Assembly (NCBI GenBank): GCA_965263355.1
Contig: CBDHHL010000032.1
Span: forward strand, 1,344,001-1,408,000
Origin: Leptolyngbyaceae cyanobacterium
GTDB taxonomy: Bacteria; Cyanobacteriota; Cyanobacteriia; Phormidesmidales; Phormidesmidaceae
Reading direction: 5' to 3'
DNA length: 64,000 nucleotides
The notes beneath the pieces are model-generated. The model did not search any database and was not told the DNA's origin. It saw nothing but the letters and a program-made list of their open reading frames with translations. The position numbers and the translations under genes were made by a program. Below, piece by piece: positions 63,261 to 64,000 of the stretch; within the stretch, counting starts at the first letter, position 1; each line of letters starts with the position of its first letter.

Positions 63261-64000
63261 ATGATTCTTGATTTAGCTCCCGATAAGCAGGTCTATGTGG
63301 AACGTATTAGGGAACTAGCAGGCCAGGACTTTGCGTCTCGTGCGGCGGAGTGTGACGCTACAGCTAGTTTCCCTAAAGAAGATTTTGAAGCTCTTCTGCA
63401 AGCTGGCTTGATTGCCCCTGTTGTTCCGACTGAGTATGGTGGCTTAGGTCTCAGGCATGGGGACGATATTTTTACGCTCTGGCTGATGACTAAGGAGTTG
63501 GCCAAGGTCAATTTATCTCTAGCTCGTTGTTGGGAAGGGCACACTAACTGTCAGGCTTTAATTGCAGGCATGGCCAATGAAGACCAGAAAAAACGATGGT
63601 TTGAAGGTATTGTTAAGCGGGGAGATAAGTGGGCAGGTTGGAGTGGAGAGCCCCAGTCTAAAATTCCTGGTCAAACGTCGAAATTTGGGACAACAGTCCA
63701 GGTGGTAGATGGGGGATATATGGTTAGTGGTACGAAGGTATTCGCTACCAGTGCTAATCAAGCTCAGTGGGCCATTCTTCTTGTTAATCCCCTAGGAACA
63801 GGAGGTGCCCGTCATGGTAATGGTTCAGCAAAGTCAGTCCTAATGCTAGCCTGCGACCTATCGGATCTCAGCATCAGTTTTGATGATAGTTGGTGGAAGC
63901 CCATCGGTATGAAGGGGACTATTAGTTATCTTGTTCGCTTTGAAGAAACTTTTATTCCATCAGACAACTTAATTGGTTATCCTGGGCAGTATCTGTTGGA
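63261..64000 (+). CDS. Acyl-CoA dehydrogenase-family flavoenzyme (partial, runs off window end; absent from the ORF track)
   Basis: FASRAAECD...FP...VPTEYGGLG; SLARCWEGH; SGEP; VSGTKVFATS; WKPIGMKGTIS. Confidence 0.88.
   Translation, partial: MILDLAPDKQVYVERIRELAGQDFASRAAECDATASFPKEDFEALLQAGLIAPVVPTEYGGLGLRHGDDIFTLWLMTKELAKVNLSLARCWEGHTNCQALIAGMANEDQKKRWFEGIVKRGDKWAGWSGEPQSKIPGQTSKFGTTVQVVDGGYMVSGTKVFATSANQAQWAILLVNPLGTGGARHGNGSAKSVLMLACDLSDLSISFDDSWWKPIGMKGTISYLVRFEETFIPSDNLIGYPGQYLL

Overview
This 64 kb window is cyanobacterial chromosome, judged from frequent HIP1 GCGATCGC octamers and photosynthesis genes; a filamentous Leptolyngbya-like organism is inferred. Positions 1-51.8 kb are mostly core genome (exbB/exbD/exbD, psb28, topA, ndhB, pyrD, dapB, ycf66, ileS, por, mtnP, cugP, scpA, chlB). 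This part is interspersed with GTAG-type REP-like palindromes, a MITE-like element, a partial IS630 and several deletion-collapsed relics (moaB/mog, an NB-ARC/WD40 NLR-like gene, and an SNF2/GmrSD-like defence islet). From about 51.8 kb to the end lies an accessory island. It holds a mini-IS4, an integron-type attC site behind an orphan nuclease-like ORF, a decayed IS3, and a pstSCAB operon that runs into three genes built from four copies of one uncharacterised domain, then a sulfotransferase and a frameshifted exostosin/GT47-like gene. A divergent acyl-CoA-dehydrogenase-family gene runs off the right edge. Three leads stand out: (1) a canonical A_AAA_AAG slippery site plus stem-loop that would fuse a CHAT-TIR protein to an NB-ARC/WD40 receptor by -1 frameshifting; (2) the quadruplicated A-B/A/B unknown domain coupled to pstSCAB and tailoring enzymes; (3) a lone attC cassette. 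No rRNA, tRNA or CRISPR array was seen. All family assignments come from motif recognition by eye, not database searches.
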